A DNA stretch of 12,995 nucleotides from a virus. A program made the translations under genes and the position numbers. Under the pieces are notes generated by a model that had not been told where the DNA came from, ran no database searches, and was given only the letters and a program-made list of their open reading frames with translations. Below, piece after piece: positions 4,425 to 12,206 of this stretch. The DNA is taken from IMG/VR virus record IMGVR_UViG_3300022561_000567, positions 1 through 12,995 of that record; one strand, 5' to 3'. The first letter of the stretch is position 1. Every line of letters starts with the position of its first letter.

Positions 4425-6863
4425 TTAATAACCATTTGCTGTCTCTCCTAGCGCATTTAATAATGGGACCTTGATCCGGTCGGCCACTTTATCCGCTAGC
4501 GTGCTAATGTCTGTATCGTTATTTACCGTGGCATTTATTGGCATGCTAACTGTGATTGTATTCGTGGCGCCGACAGCCTTGGCTTGCTGCGGGAATTTCA
4601 GTATGTTTGTAATATCGCTAAACCCCTTCATTATTTCAGTTATTTGATATGCACTATTCCCATCAATTACCGTACTTCTTTTCATATCTCCAGGCAGATA
4701 CACGCCGCTTCGATTCCTAGAATAAACCTCTGCCTCTGCCTCTGCTGCCTTGTCTGCTAATACTTTTTCATGCGCTTTTTTATAAGCATCAGCTTTATTT
4801 TCGCCGGCCAATATTGCCGCCTTTACTGCTCTAATTTCCTCGCTTAATTCGGAATTAAGGGTATCTTTAAATAATTTTTGTTTTTGATGCTCAGCCAATT
4901 GTGTGGCTTTTACTTCATCATTGGTCTTTTTGATCCACTCTTGCCGCTCGATATCAATATCACGCAGCCGGTTCTCTAACGACGTGTGACTAATTTTATA
5001 TATTTCCGTTTCCATTTGTTCCGTGGATTTTTTGATTTCCTTGTTTTTATCATCAATAACTTTTTGCTGTTCCTTGGCGTCTTTATCTAAAATTATTTTT
5101 TTCCTGGCAGCGGATATTGTGGCCACGGTTTCATCTGAAACATTTGCCTCGGACAACTTAGCGCTCTTTACATCAACGTCGTGCAACTCATTTTCTAGCG
5201 CCGAATGAGTGGATTTATAAACCTCGTCGGCCATTTCAATTAACGCCGCCTTATTGGCCTTGGCTGCGTCCATTTCTTTTTTCTTAGCCGCAACTATAGC
5301 GCCGGCCTGATCGGCTGCGATCCGCTTCGTTTCCTCTGCTGCTTTTTTAGCATCGGCGACCGCTGTGTCTTTAATCGCTTTTTCATCAGCAGCAAATTTC
5401 GTCTGTACCGCGATTGCGTCAATTGCATCTTGCCGGTAATTATTTATGTGACCTTTTAGCGGCGTTAAATTCATAACGTCATTAACGACATTATCTAAAA
5501 GTGTATGCTTTTTCAATTGCATTAACCCAATTTTTAACTCTGTTAGCGCCTCGGTCGTTGAATGTATGCCGGAAATATCAAAAACAAATTTCGGGACGCT
5601 TAAAATTGCGGATCCCAGGTCTTTAACTAATTTTAAAAATTCAACCCCAACGCCAACCGTCGCGACAATTTCCTCTTTATTGTCTTTTACTGCGGTTATT
5701 AACGTATCAAATCCCGCGATAACTCCGGGCAAAATCTCTTTTGCAATCGGCATTAATGCCATTCCTAGCGCGTTCGACATTTGAGCTGATTCTAGATTTA
5801 AAACCTTAAATTCCACGGCTAAATCATGCGCCTGCTGCGGATCAATACCAATCGTTTTTATTCTGCTTGCGGCCTCCGCATTTATAGCATAATCACGTAA
5901 GACTGGAACCAGCGCGGCGCCTTTTGCCCCTAGAACATCAGCGACAAAGGCCTCTTCTTCTCCTGCTGCAGCCGCGTTTTTATAACCCTGGGCTAGCGCT
6001 GCCAATTGGTCATTCATCGGTAATAATTTTCCAGCTGAATCAAGAATGGAAAAATTAAATAACGTCATTGCATCAGTCAACGCGTTCCCGTTTTTTCCCA
6101 CGTTCATTACTGATTTATCCATTTTTATCATTGTTGAAATAAATATTTGTGAATCAACATCTGAAATTTTTAAAACTCTATTTAAACTTCCGGCCTCCGC
6201 TGCTGTTAAATTTAATCTTGCTGCTAGTTTATACGCTGCATCGCCAGCCTCAACCGCGCCTTTAACGACGTTAAATAAACCGGCTCCACTTGCGGCCACC
6301 GCTGCTAATGCAATCATTTTAGTATTTATCATCGTAAGCGCATTGCCGGCCGACGCGCCCGCGTCCCTAACTCGGCCTAATGATCCGGCCAATAACCCTG
6401 CCGCAGCGCTGGCGGCATTTGTGTTTCCGGTATTCAGCGAACCCCCTGCAGCACCTCCTGCCCTGGCTGCATTAGTTTCCTTCAATTGCCTGGCAAGATC
6501 CGCCTCGGCTTTTTGCTCTCTTAGCAACCTGGTTAAAATTCGCTGACTGGCTGCGTCGTCTGCTCCCTTGGCTGCAACTGATTCCTGGTATGTCGCATTA
6601 ATTAAACTAACCGCCTGCCTTTGTATGTTTAACTGATCGGTCAAATGTTTAGTTTTTACGGCTAGCGCCTCCGTAGACCTCTCGGCGCCGGCGAACGCTG
6701 ACATATCTATTTCCATTCGTAATTTTGATTGCTGCGCCTTGGTCTTTAAACTAGACATGCCTTGATTAACGGTTTTGCTAGCCGTGAGCAAATCAGAATC
6801 TAGCGCCGTCATGTCCAACCCTAACGATATAAATAATTTTTCAATTGTGGTCCCTGCGGCCAT
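4425..6863 (-). CDS. Phage tail tape-measure protein, TP901-family core
   Basis: 812-aa ORF with a GGGGTG RBS. It has an N-terminal coiled coil and an Ala/Gly-rich hydrophobic segment. The core region, AYKLAARLNLTAAEAGSLNRVLKISDVDSQIFISTMIKMDKSV...LGAKGAALVPVL, is typical of tape-measure core domains. The long K/E/A coiled-coil C-terminal half carries an internal repeat, EVYKSTHSALENELHDVDV / EIYKISHTSLENRLRDIDI, encoded near 5180-5230 and 4960-5010. Confidence 0.8.
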   Translation of the reverse strand: MAAGTTIEKLFISLGLDMTALDSDLLTASKTVNQGMSSLKTKAQQSKLRMEIDMSAFAGAERSTEALAVKTKHLTDQLNIQRQAVSLINATYQESVAAKGADDAASQRILTRLLREQKAEADLARQLKETNAARAGGAAGGSLNTGNTNAASAAAGLLAGSLGRVRDAGASAGNALTMINTKMIALAAVAASGAGLFNVVKGAVEAGDAAYKLAARLNLTAAEAGSLNRVLKISDVDSQIFISTMIKMDKSVMNVGKNGNALTDAMTLFNFSILDSAGKLLPMNDQLAALAQGYKNAAAAGEEEAFVADVLGAKGAALVPVLRDYAINAEAASRIKTIGIDPQQAHDLAVEFKVLNLESAQMSNALGMALMPIAKEILPGVIAGFDTLITAVKDNKEEIVATVGVGVEFLKLVKDLGSAILSVPKFVFDISGIHSTTEALTELKIGLMQLKKHTLLDNVVNDVMNLTPLKGHINNYRQDAIDAIAVQTKFAADEKAIKDTAVADAKKAAEETKRIAADQAGAIVAAKKKEMDAAKANKAALIEMADEVYKSTHSALENELHDVDVKSAKLSEANVSDETVATISAARKKIILDKDAKEQQKVIDDKNKEIKKSTEQMETEIYKISHTSLENRLRDIDIERQEWIKKTNDEVKATQLAEHQKQKLFKDTLNSELSEEIRAVKAAILAGENKADAYKKAHEKVLADKAAEAEAEVYSRNRSGVYLPGDMKRSTVIDGNSAYQITEIMKGFSDITNILKFPQQAKAVGATNTITVSMPINATVNNDTDISTLADKVADRIKVPLLNALGETANGY

Positions 6864-7087
6864 AAAGTCACCCCTTTTATAAAATACTTAAATTGTTATT
6901 TCTTTAAATACAATCCCCTGTATATTTGGACTGTAAGACCTCGAAACATAGGCTAAGTCTTAGACTACACCGGTCATGTAGCGGCTTGTGTATTGAGAGA
7001 ATAAGTAGCTTCGGCTTTCCGTAAACTTAATCTTCTTGTAAATACCGGGGGCCCTTACTATTTGCATACCAATACCTTGTTCCATGT

Positions 7088-7115
7088 AAAAAAATAAGGA
7101 CAGCCGAAGCTGCCC
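7088..7115 (-). terminator. Rho-independent terminator after the capsid gene
   Basis: On the minus strand, GGGCAGC TTCG GCTGTCC (7 bp with one G-U pair and a UUCG tetraloop; plus 7098-7115) is followed by TTATTTTTTT. It lies 16 nt downstream of the capsid stop. Confidence 0.85.
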
Positions 7116-7130
7116 CCCATTTTATTTTAA

Positions 7131-8327
7131 TTAAGCTTTGTAAAGTTTTACAAAAGCTTCAGACGCTATTGGTTTGCAGTCGGCCGTTGCCGTTACTTTG
7201 TAATCAATAAGGTTTGATTTAAAAGATGATTCTCGGCTCATTTCAATCAATACATTTGTAAGGTTATAGCCCATATACTGGAAGTTACCGAAGTAAATCA
7301 CATCATCAGCAATAGAATCTGATATGATTACTGGCTTGCCTAGTAAGAAAGCTGGTGCACCTTCAATAGCTGCGTTCTGCACAAATATAGGGCGACCATT
7401 ACTATCAACAATAGAATAGGCTTGATTGTATAGTGTTGCGTTATTCATCGCCCATGATGCACCCGCGCTATATCCACCCTTTAACATCCCAGCTACTGCG
7501 GTATAGTCCTTAAATCCAGGACCGGTAACAAATGTTTTGCTATTCGCTGCAGTAAAGGTAATGCTTGATAGTCCTGCACCTTGATCAATACCAGTACCAA
7601 CCGCGACAGCTGCCTCCATTGCATCTAGCAAGCAATTCGCAAGCTCTCCTGTCAGATATGCTTCAAACGCACCGATGGCCATTGACGATGAGCTTGCACT
7701 GATAGAGAATATTTTAATCAGTTCATAAGCATTAAACATAACGCTCAAAACATTAGGATCAACTGCGGTTACTGGCGCACCCTCAACATGCCACGCCGCA
7801 GCGGATGAAGGACTTGCGACCGGCACACTCAGCTTTGCAGGGATATTAAAGTTCCTGCTTGCCGTTACTAAACCACGAAGGCCGCGCGCTTTAGTGATTA
7901 CTTGATCATAAGTTTGTGTAGGAAGTACGGCCGCTAAACTGGATTGATTGCCAAAGGCTGCGCGTTGTTCCATAATGGCCTTATATGCTCTTTGCTCAAT
8001 ATCAGTTAGTGGCTTGTTTTGCAGTGTCTTGAAAAATGCGTTGCGGTACTCAGGAGTTTTGATGATTGCTTCAACATCAGTCGGCAATTCAACGCTTTGA
8101 GTAGTTGCTCCGGCAATTGGAGTAAAGCTTTGATTATTCATATTTGCCGCACCTCTTTTTTCAATATTGTTTTGAATAACTTCATTCAATGCAGCTAGTT
8201 CAGTTTGCAATTCATCTAAATTAGCTTTATTTTCTGTTCTTAACTCAGTGCGAATCGCCAACTTGCGGACCTCAACTTGTTCATTTGTCATTTCCTTATG
8301 TTTGTTAAAATATTCTGCTACTGTCAT
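7131..8327 (-). CDS. Major capsid protein, HK97 fold, with an N-terminal delta/scaffold-like coiled coil
   Basis: 398-aa ORF. The first 60 aa or so are coiled coil (EQVEVRKLAIRTELRTENKANLDELQTELAALNEVIQN). The body carries HK97-family signatures, AAAWHVEGAPVTAVDP...ELIKIFSIS...YLTGELANCLLDAMEAAVAVGTG. It sits directly downstream of the portal gene. Confidence 0.9.
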   Translation of the reverse strand: MTVAEYFNKHKEMTNEQVEVRKLAIRTELRTENKANLDELQTELAALNEVIQNNIEKRGAANMNNQSFTPIAGATTQSVELPTDVEAIIKTPEYRNAFFKTLQNKPLTDIEQRAYKAIMEQRAAFGNQSSLAAVLPTQTYDQVITKARGLRGLVTASRNFNIPAKLSVPVASPSSAAAWHVEGAPVTAVDPNVLSVMFNAYELIKIFSISASSSSMAIGAFEAYLTGELANCLLDAMEAAVAVGTGIDQGAGLSSITFTAANSKTFVTGPGFKDYTAVAGMLKGGYSAGASWAMNNATLYNQAYSIVDSNGRPIFVQNAAIEGAPAFLLGKPVIISDSIADDVIYFGNFQYMGYNLTNVLIEMSRESSFKSNLIDYKVTATADCKPIASEAFVKLYKA

Positions 8328-8413
8328 TTAACTTCACGCTCCATACTTTGATACACCAATATTAGGGAAGTGTGGCCCAGGTGCTCGGTAAATAACACTT
8401 ATTGTGCCGCCAA

Positions 8414-8485
8414 CCCATCCAGGCTGTCATGTAGGCTGTCCAGCGTCCATGCAAGGCTATATAAAGCCCAATCCAGGCTGTTATG
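8414..8485. repeat. Three copies of AT(CC/GT)AGGCTGT in the portal-capsid intergenic region
   Basis: ATCCAGGCTGT occurs at 8417-8427 and 8471-8481, and ATGTAGGCTGT at 8429-8439. The extended matches are cccATCCAGGCTGTcATGT (8414-8432) and cccaATCCAGGCTGTtATGT (8467-8485). The last copy overlaps the portal stop codon. Confidence 0.55.
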
Positions 8486-9704
8486 TCTGAATATTGTCTA
8501 TTGGTTTTAATAGCTTTTTGTCTACTCCTGCAAGCTGATAAGCTGCGGCGTTTTTTTGATCTACATAATTTAACGACTGCAGCCTGCGCGATCCTTCCTC
8601 GCCTCCTACTGGCGGGAACCCCAGGACAGACAATGCTTGATCTAAAGTTAATAGTGATAATGGCATTAATTCTTTTAACGCCGTTATTTTTGTTTTTTGT
8701 GAAGAAAACGCCATTCTCCCTGCAGTGTCAATGCTAATTGTATTACCCCAGGCTTGTTCCCTTTGCGTGAACATTTTAGCCGTCAAGGCTTGTCCTAGCG
8801 CGTTGGCGAAAGGCTCCAGGCTCGACTCTACGAAGCTAGAATATATATCTTCTGTAAAGGTACCATCAACAATAGCCTGGTTGATTCCTAAAAAACTAAG
8901 AATCTTTTTACTTACTGCCTCAATGTCTGCAGCATTAATAGTTATTGGCGTTTGATTAATTGGCGTATATGTAAACTTTGCATCTAGCGCGGCAATTGTT
9001 GAACCACCTGGCGCCAAATATGTTTTAATAAACTCTTGTCGTTGTTTTTCAAGATCCTCGGGCCTTAGTACGGAACTGTACGAAAGTATAGCTTTGATCG
9101 TTCCGCTAGTTTCAATATTTTTCTTTAATCCATCTGTTTGAGCTGTCGATAATGCAACCGCCGGAAGTATAGCCGCGTTTGAATCTCCTAGTAAGTCATT
9201 ACCATGGAATACTCTGCGAATATGCACGATATCAGCATAAGGCAATATTACTGTTTGCCCTGCAGCGAATATAAACTTGATATATAGCGCGCTTGATTGA
9301 TCTTGAACAAATTGTGCCGACGTCGGTTTTAATGGCCATAATGCATTCACGCTGCCGCCCCGGGACCATTCTATTAGTATAAATAGGTCACTATCGCTCC
9401 AATAAAGTGAAGCGCATTTATAAAGAAATTCACTCGCTGTACTAACCGGATTCGGCTGTATCGAAAGCAATCTATTTAGCTGCTGATCACCCGGACTTTG
9501 CGCGCCACTATAGGCGACTATGTGAGATATTTGCATTTTTGAAGCGTGACGGCTCACACTATCAACTGCGCTGAAAAATACGTCTGACTGTCTCAGATTG
9601 CCGCTAAATGCTGTAGATATGGCATTACCGCCACTAAGCATCATTACTTGTTCAGTTTTTTGCGGCTGTTCACGTGAGAATATTTTTTTTAAATCCTCAA
9701 ACAT
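8481..9704 (-). CDS. Portal protein, HK97 family
   Basis: 407-aa ORF with a GGAGG RBS 8 nt upstream. The pattern IQPNPVSTASEFLYK...LFILIEW...ALWPLKPTSAQFV...YIKFIFAAGQTVILPYADIVHIRRVF matches the conserved core of Phage_portal (HK97-type) proteins. The gene order portal then capsid agrees. Confidence 0.85.
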   Translation of the reverse strand: MFEDLKKIFSREQPQKTEQVMMLSGGNAISTAFSGNLRQSDVFFSAVDSVSRHASKMQISHIVAYSGAQSPGDQQLNRLLSIQPNPVSTASEFLYKCASLYWSDSDLFILIEWSRGGSVNALWPLKPTSAQFVQDQSSALYIKFIFAAGQTVILPYADIVHIRRVFHGNDLLGDSNAAILPAVALSTAQTDGLKKNIETSGTIKAILSYSSVLRPEDLEKQRQEFIKTYLAPGGSTIAALDAKFTYTPINQTPITINAADIEAVSKKILSFLGINQAIVDGTFTEDIYSSFVESSLEPFANALGQALTAKMFTQREQAWGNTISIDTAGRMAFSSQKTKITALKELMPLSLLTLDQALSVLGFPPVGGEEGSRRLQSLNYVDQKNAAAYQLAGVDKKLLKPIDNIQT

Positions 9705-9740
9705 TTATTTTTCCTCCAATTTTAAAATTAAGATAAAAGG

Positions 9741-10004
9741 TTATTTATTTATTTTTGTCAGAAATTTATCCCCGGGAAAATTCCCTGCATACCTAGATCC
9801 TGCAGATACTTGAACGCCTATTTGATTAATGTCAAATCCCATGCGTTTTATCGTTCGCTTGAAATTGCTTAATGGAACACGCCAACCGTATGGAGTTTTT
9901 TCAAACTCAGACCGTATTTTTTCAAAACAAAACCATTGAATTATTCCCGGATGTCCACATAATCGGAGCTTTAACCATTTAATTAACTCAGCATTATGGC
10001 CCAT
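9741..10004 (-). CDS. Hypothetical protein, 87 aa, immediately upstream of the portal
   Basis: The ORF track starts at a TTG (10022). The ATG at 10004 lies 5 nt after GGAGAGG, so I prefer it. It overlaps the preceding ORF by 11 nt, which suggests translational coupling. It occupies the position where a small terminase usually sits, but I see no recognisable motif. Confidence 0.55.
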   Translation of the reverse strand: MGHNAELIKWLKLRLCGHPGIIQWFCFEKIRSEFEKTPYGWRVPLSNFKRTIKRMGFDINQIGVQVSAGSRYAGNFPGDKFLTKINK

Positions 10005-10212
10005 CATTCCCTCTCCGTTCAATTCTTAAAAAATTACTTGGGCTTGCTGCATCGTCGATCCAGCCGTCTGTGCCCATATCCATGGAAAGTACATTTCCGT
10101 CGCTTGTTAGTGCTAAACAAATTATTGGTGATTCTATTTCCTGATTGTCATTTTTATAAATTGCAAATAGATTTTTAGGCGCTGGCATTATTTGAATTAT
10201 TTTATCTGTCAT
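9994..10212 (-). CDS. Hypothetical protein, 72 aa
   Basis: The ATG at 10212 has an AAGGAG RBS 8 nt upstream. It is the first gene after the origin. I recognise no motif. Confidence 0.6.
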   Translation of the reverse strand: MTDKIIQIMPAPKNLFAIYKNDNQEIESPIICLALTSDGNVLSMDMGTDGWIDDAASPSNFLRIERRGNDGP

Positions 10213-10229
10213 GTTTTTATCTCCTTTTT

Positions 10230-10481
10230 GTCTACCCTTTGTCTACCCTTTGTCTACCCTCGCCTAGACACCTTCAACCCTTATGAATACTAGCTTCGTG
10301 ACGTGTGTCTACCCTGTCTACCCAAATTTATACCCCTTTTCCCTGTTTGCCCCTCTATCTGTTTTTTACCAACTCTTTTAATAGAAAAAGGGTAGACAGG
10401 GTAGACAATGCCTTTCAGCCCTTATAAAACCTAGGTTTATTCTTGTCTACCCCCCTAGACATTTGCCTAGACAGGGTAGAC
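10230..10481. repeat. Iteron-type replication origin: nine GTCTACCC repeats plus three CCTAGACA repeats
   Basis: Forward GTCTACCC lies at 10230, 10241 and 10252 (11-bp phasing) and at 10307, 10316 and 10445. Reverse GGGTAGAC lies at 10390, 10399 and 10474. CCTAGACA lies at 10263, 10454 and 10466. The repeats flank a pyrimidine-rich, AT-rich core (10324-10389). The cluster abuts the 3' end of the VapE-like helicase gene and slightly overlaps it. Confidence 0.75.
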
Positions 10482-11933
10482 ATTTTCACGCTCCCAACCC
10501 ATGCTTTTTCCATACCCTGGAATTCTTATTTGCCCTTTTGTTTTAACCCATCCAGGCGCCTGGCTCATTACATCTCTGATTCGTCCTGCAGTTTGAGAAG
10601 TTAAATTTTCAATCCTACCATGTAAACACTCTAACCAAATAATTTCAGTAGACACACGATCACGCTTATTTTTCCCACATGTTATATCTTGATTTTCGTC
10701 AATGTATATTTGCCGCTCATAATCAGTTTTCACTTTCCAATCATATGGCAATGCAATTTCTAAGTAGTTTAATATCCTACCTTCCCATGCGTCGCAAATA
10801 ATAAACTCCTTCTGCACTAATACAGCTGCCTGTTCAATATCATCTGATAAATGTATTGGATCACCCGATTCATGTATCACTTTAGCCTCTGCAAGAATCT
10901 GATCGCGCTCTTTAGTTAAATCATAGAATACATTTTTACGACCACCAGCAAAAACTCTCACCGGCCAATACCTGCGATTTCCTGTAATATCTTTTAAAAA
11001 TTGATCCGAGTTCGTCGTTCCAACCGTTATGCTCATTCTCGGTATTTCCATGACATTTTTACCATATGGCGGTCTATAGCGGTCTATTTGTGCGCTGAAA
11101 AATAATTTTAATCTTTCTGATTCAGTCTTTTTGAGACTAGTTAACTCGCCCATTTCGCACAACCATTTCCCCCTATGTGATTCATAGGTTTTGGCAGGAT
11201 CATTAGTTATTGAAATTGAATCTGTGAACCATTGGCCGCCTAAGATATTGAATAATGTTGATTTTCCTATACCCTGGGCCCCTTTGAGAATTAAGCAGCA
11301 ATCAAATTTCACGCCTGGTTGATAAGCTCGGCGTACTAGAGCAGTCAATGTTTTTCGTGTGACTTGTCGTGTATACGGCGTATCCTCTGCGTTTTGATAG
11401 TCGATCAATAAAGTATCTACCCGCGGGACTCCGTCCCACTGCAGGGTATTTAAATAGTCCAGTAATGGATTATGCTGGATCTCCATGCAAAGCTCAGCAA
11501 AGGAATTATCAATAATACCGGTATTGGAAATACCATATTCATTATGAAAATAATTATAAAGAGCTTTATAATCTCCATCTGACAATAGTTTTTCTGTCGC
11601 TGTACTGTATTTATCGTCCTTCTGCGACCATGGCAGCCCTTTTGCTTTAAATGCGGCCGCGACCGTCATGTCGTAGCTAAATTTATCTTTTAATTTTGGA
11701 TCATTTTTAAAAATAATTAAGCAATTTGATGGAGTTTTTAACACCTTACCTTCGTCATTTCGCTTAAGGCTTCGCGTCCAGTCGGCAGCTGGCAAATTAA
11801 TTATTTTTTTAATTTTTGGATTTTCTGTTTTAGCGGCCGCCGGCGAATTACTATTTCCTTGAAAAGCCTTTAAATAAGCTGCTGATTGTCTACGTTTTGT
11901 CTCTTCTGTTTTGGCGGCCTTGTTAAAATCCAT
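10467..11933 (-). CDS. VapE/VirE-family P-loop replication helicase (satellite or phage Rep-like)
   Basis: 488-aa ORF. It has the Walker A motif LILKGAQGIGKSTLFNIL, then WLCEMGEL (Walker B-like), then IDRYRPPYGKNVMEIPRMSITVGTTNSDQFLKDITGNRRYWPVRV. This is the characteristic VirE/VapE C-terminal signature (RppYg...GTtN...D.TGnRRfwpv). Confidence 0.9.
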   Translation of the reverse strand: MDFNKAAKTEETKRRQSAAYLKAFQGNSNSPAAAKTENPKIKKIINLPAADWTRSLKRNDEGKVLKTPSNCLIIFKNDPKLKDKFSYDMTVAAAFKAKGLPWSQKDDKYSTATEKLLSDGDYKALYNYFHNEYGISNTGIIDNSFAELCMEIQHNPLLDYLNTLQWDGVPRVDTLLIDYQNAEDTPYTRQVTRKTLTALVRRAYQPGVKFDCCLILKGAQGIGKSTLFNILGGQWFTDSISITNDPAKTYESHRGKWLCEMGELTSLKKTESERLKLFFSAQIDRYRPPYGKNVMEIPRMSITVGTTNSDQFLKDITGNRRYWPVRVFAGGRKNVFYDLTKERDQILAEAKVIHESGDPIHLSDDIEQAAVLVQKEFIICDAWEGRILNYLEIALPYDWKVKTDYERQIYIDENQDITCGKNKRDRVSTEIIWLECLHGRIENLTSQTAGRIRDVMSQAPGWVKTKGQIRIPGYGKSMGWERENVYPV

Positions 11934-12096
11934 CTTTAGTCACCAACCGTATGCCGTGATTAATTTTCATCATGTTATTTACCGCGTCCATTGGCACTTT
12001 ATCGGATACCCCAAATAAATTTTTGGCATCAAGTTTTTCCTCGCGTCGTTTGATTTTTCGCTGCTCTCGTTGACGTTCTTTTTGATTTTTTGACAT
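11923..12096 (-). CDS. Small basic protein, 57 aa, translationally coupled to the helicase; not in the ORF track
   Basis: I translated this by hand as MSKNQKERQREQRKIKRREEKLDAKNLFGVSDKVPMDAVNNMMKINHGIRLVTKDGF. An AAAGGAG RBS lies about 10 nt upstream of the ATG at 12096. Its stop (11923-11925) overlaps the helicase start (ATGGATTTTAA). Confidence 0.5.
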   Translation of the reverse strand: MSKNQKERQREQRKIKRREEKLDAKNLFGVSDKVPMDAVNNMMKINHGIRLVTKDGF

Positions 12097-12163
12097 AATA
12101 AAAAACTCCTTTGCGGGTACTACCTTTGCAGCACATCCCGGCTTTATACCTCACTATATACTT

Positions 12164-12190
12164 TATATTATTCATTTGACGAGTATAACA
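12164..12190. promoter_or_regulatory. 27-bp operator box upstream of the small-ORF/helicase operon
   Basis: tatattattcatttgacgagtataaca matches the box at 12772-12798 at 23 of 27 positions. It is an imperfect palindrome and is embedded in A/T-rich -35/-10-like hexamers (TTATAC...TATAAA on the minus strand). Confidence 0.55.
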
Positions 12191-12206
12191 CGTTATAAAA
12201 TCCAGC

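Noticed and set aside
5023-6546. Plus-strand ORFs 5023-5208, 5566-5784 and 6046-6546 inside the tape-measure gene
   Set aside because: They are antisense to a long ORF with clear homology-type motifs. The 166-aa one is Ala/Pro-rich low complexity that mirrors the GCN-rich Ala/Gly region of the tape measure. None has an RBS.
6960-7085. 41-aa minus-strand ORF (MEQGIGMQIVRAPGIYKKIKFTESRSYLFSQYTSRYMTGVV) in the capsid/tape-measure gap, possibly a remnant of a head-tail or chaperone gene
   Set aside because: Its ATG directly follows the terminator T-run, with no RBS, and the sequence shows no recognisable motif. It cannot be supported as a gene. A tblastx search for remnants could revisit this.
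8483-10178. Plus-strand ORFs 8483-8737, 8725-8955, 9598-9813 and 9996-10178
   Set aside because: They are antisense to the portal gene and the small minus-strand genes. Their translations are hydrophobic or low-complexity, they lack an RBS, and they conflict with well-supported genes.
10230-10481. CRISPR array suggested by closely spaced identical GTCTACCC repeats
   Set aside because: The repeats are only 8 bp long, the spacers are 1-3 bp in the tandem part, and the copies occur in both orientations around an AT-rich core next to a replication helicase gene. This is an iteron origin and not a CRISPR array.
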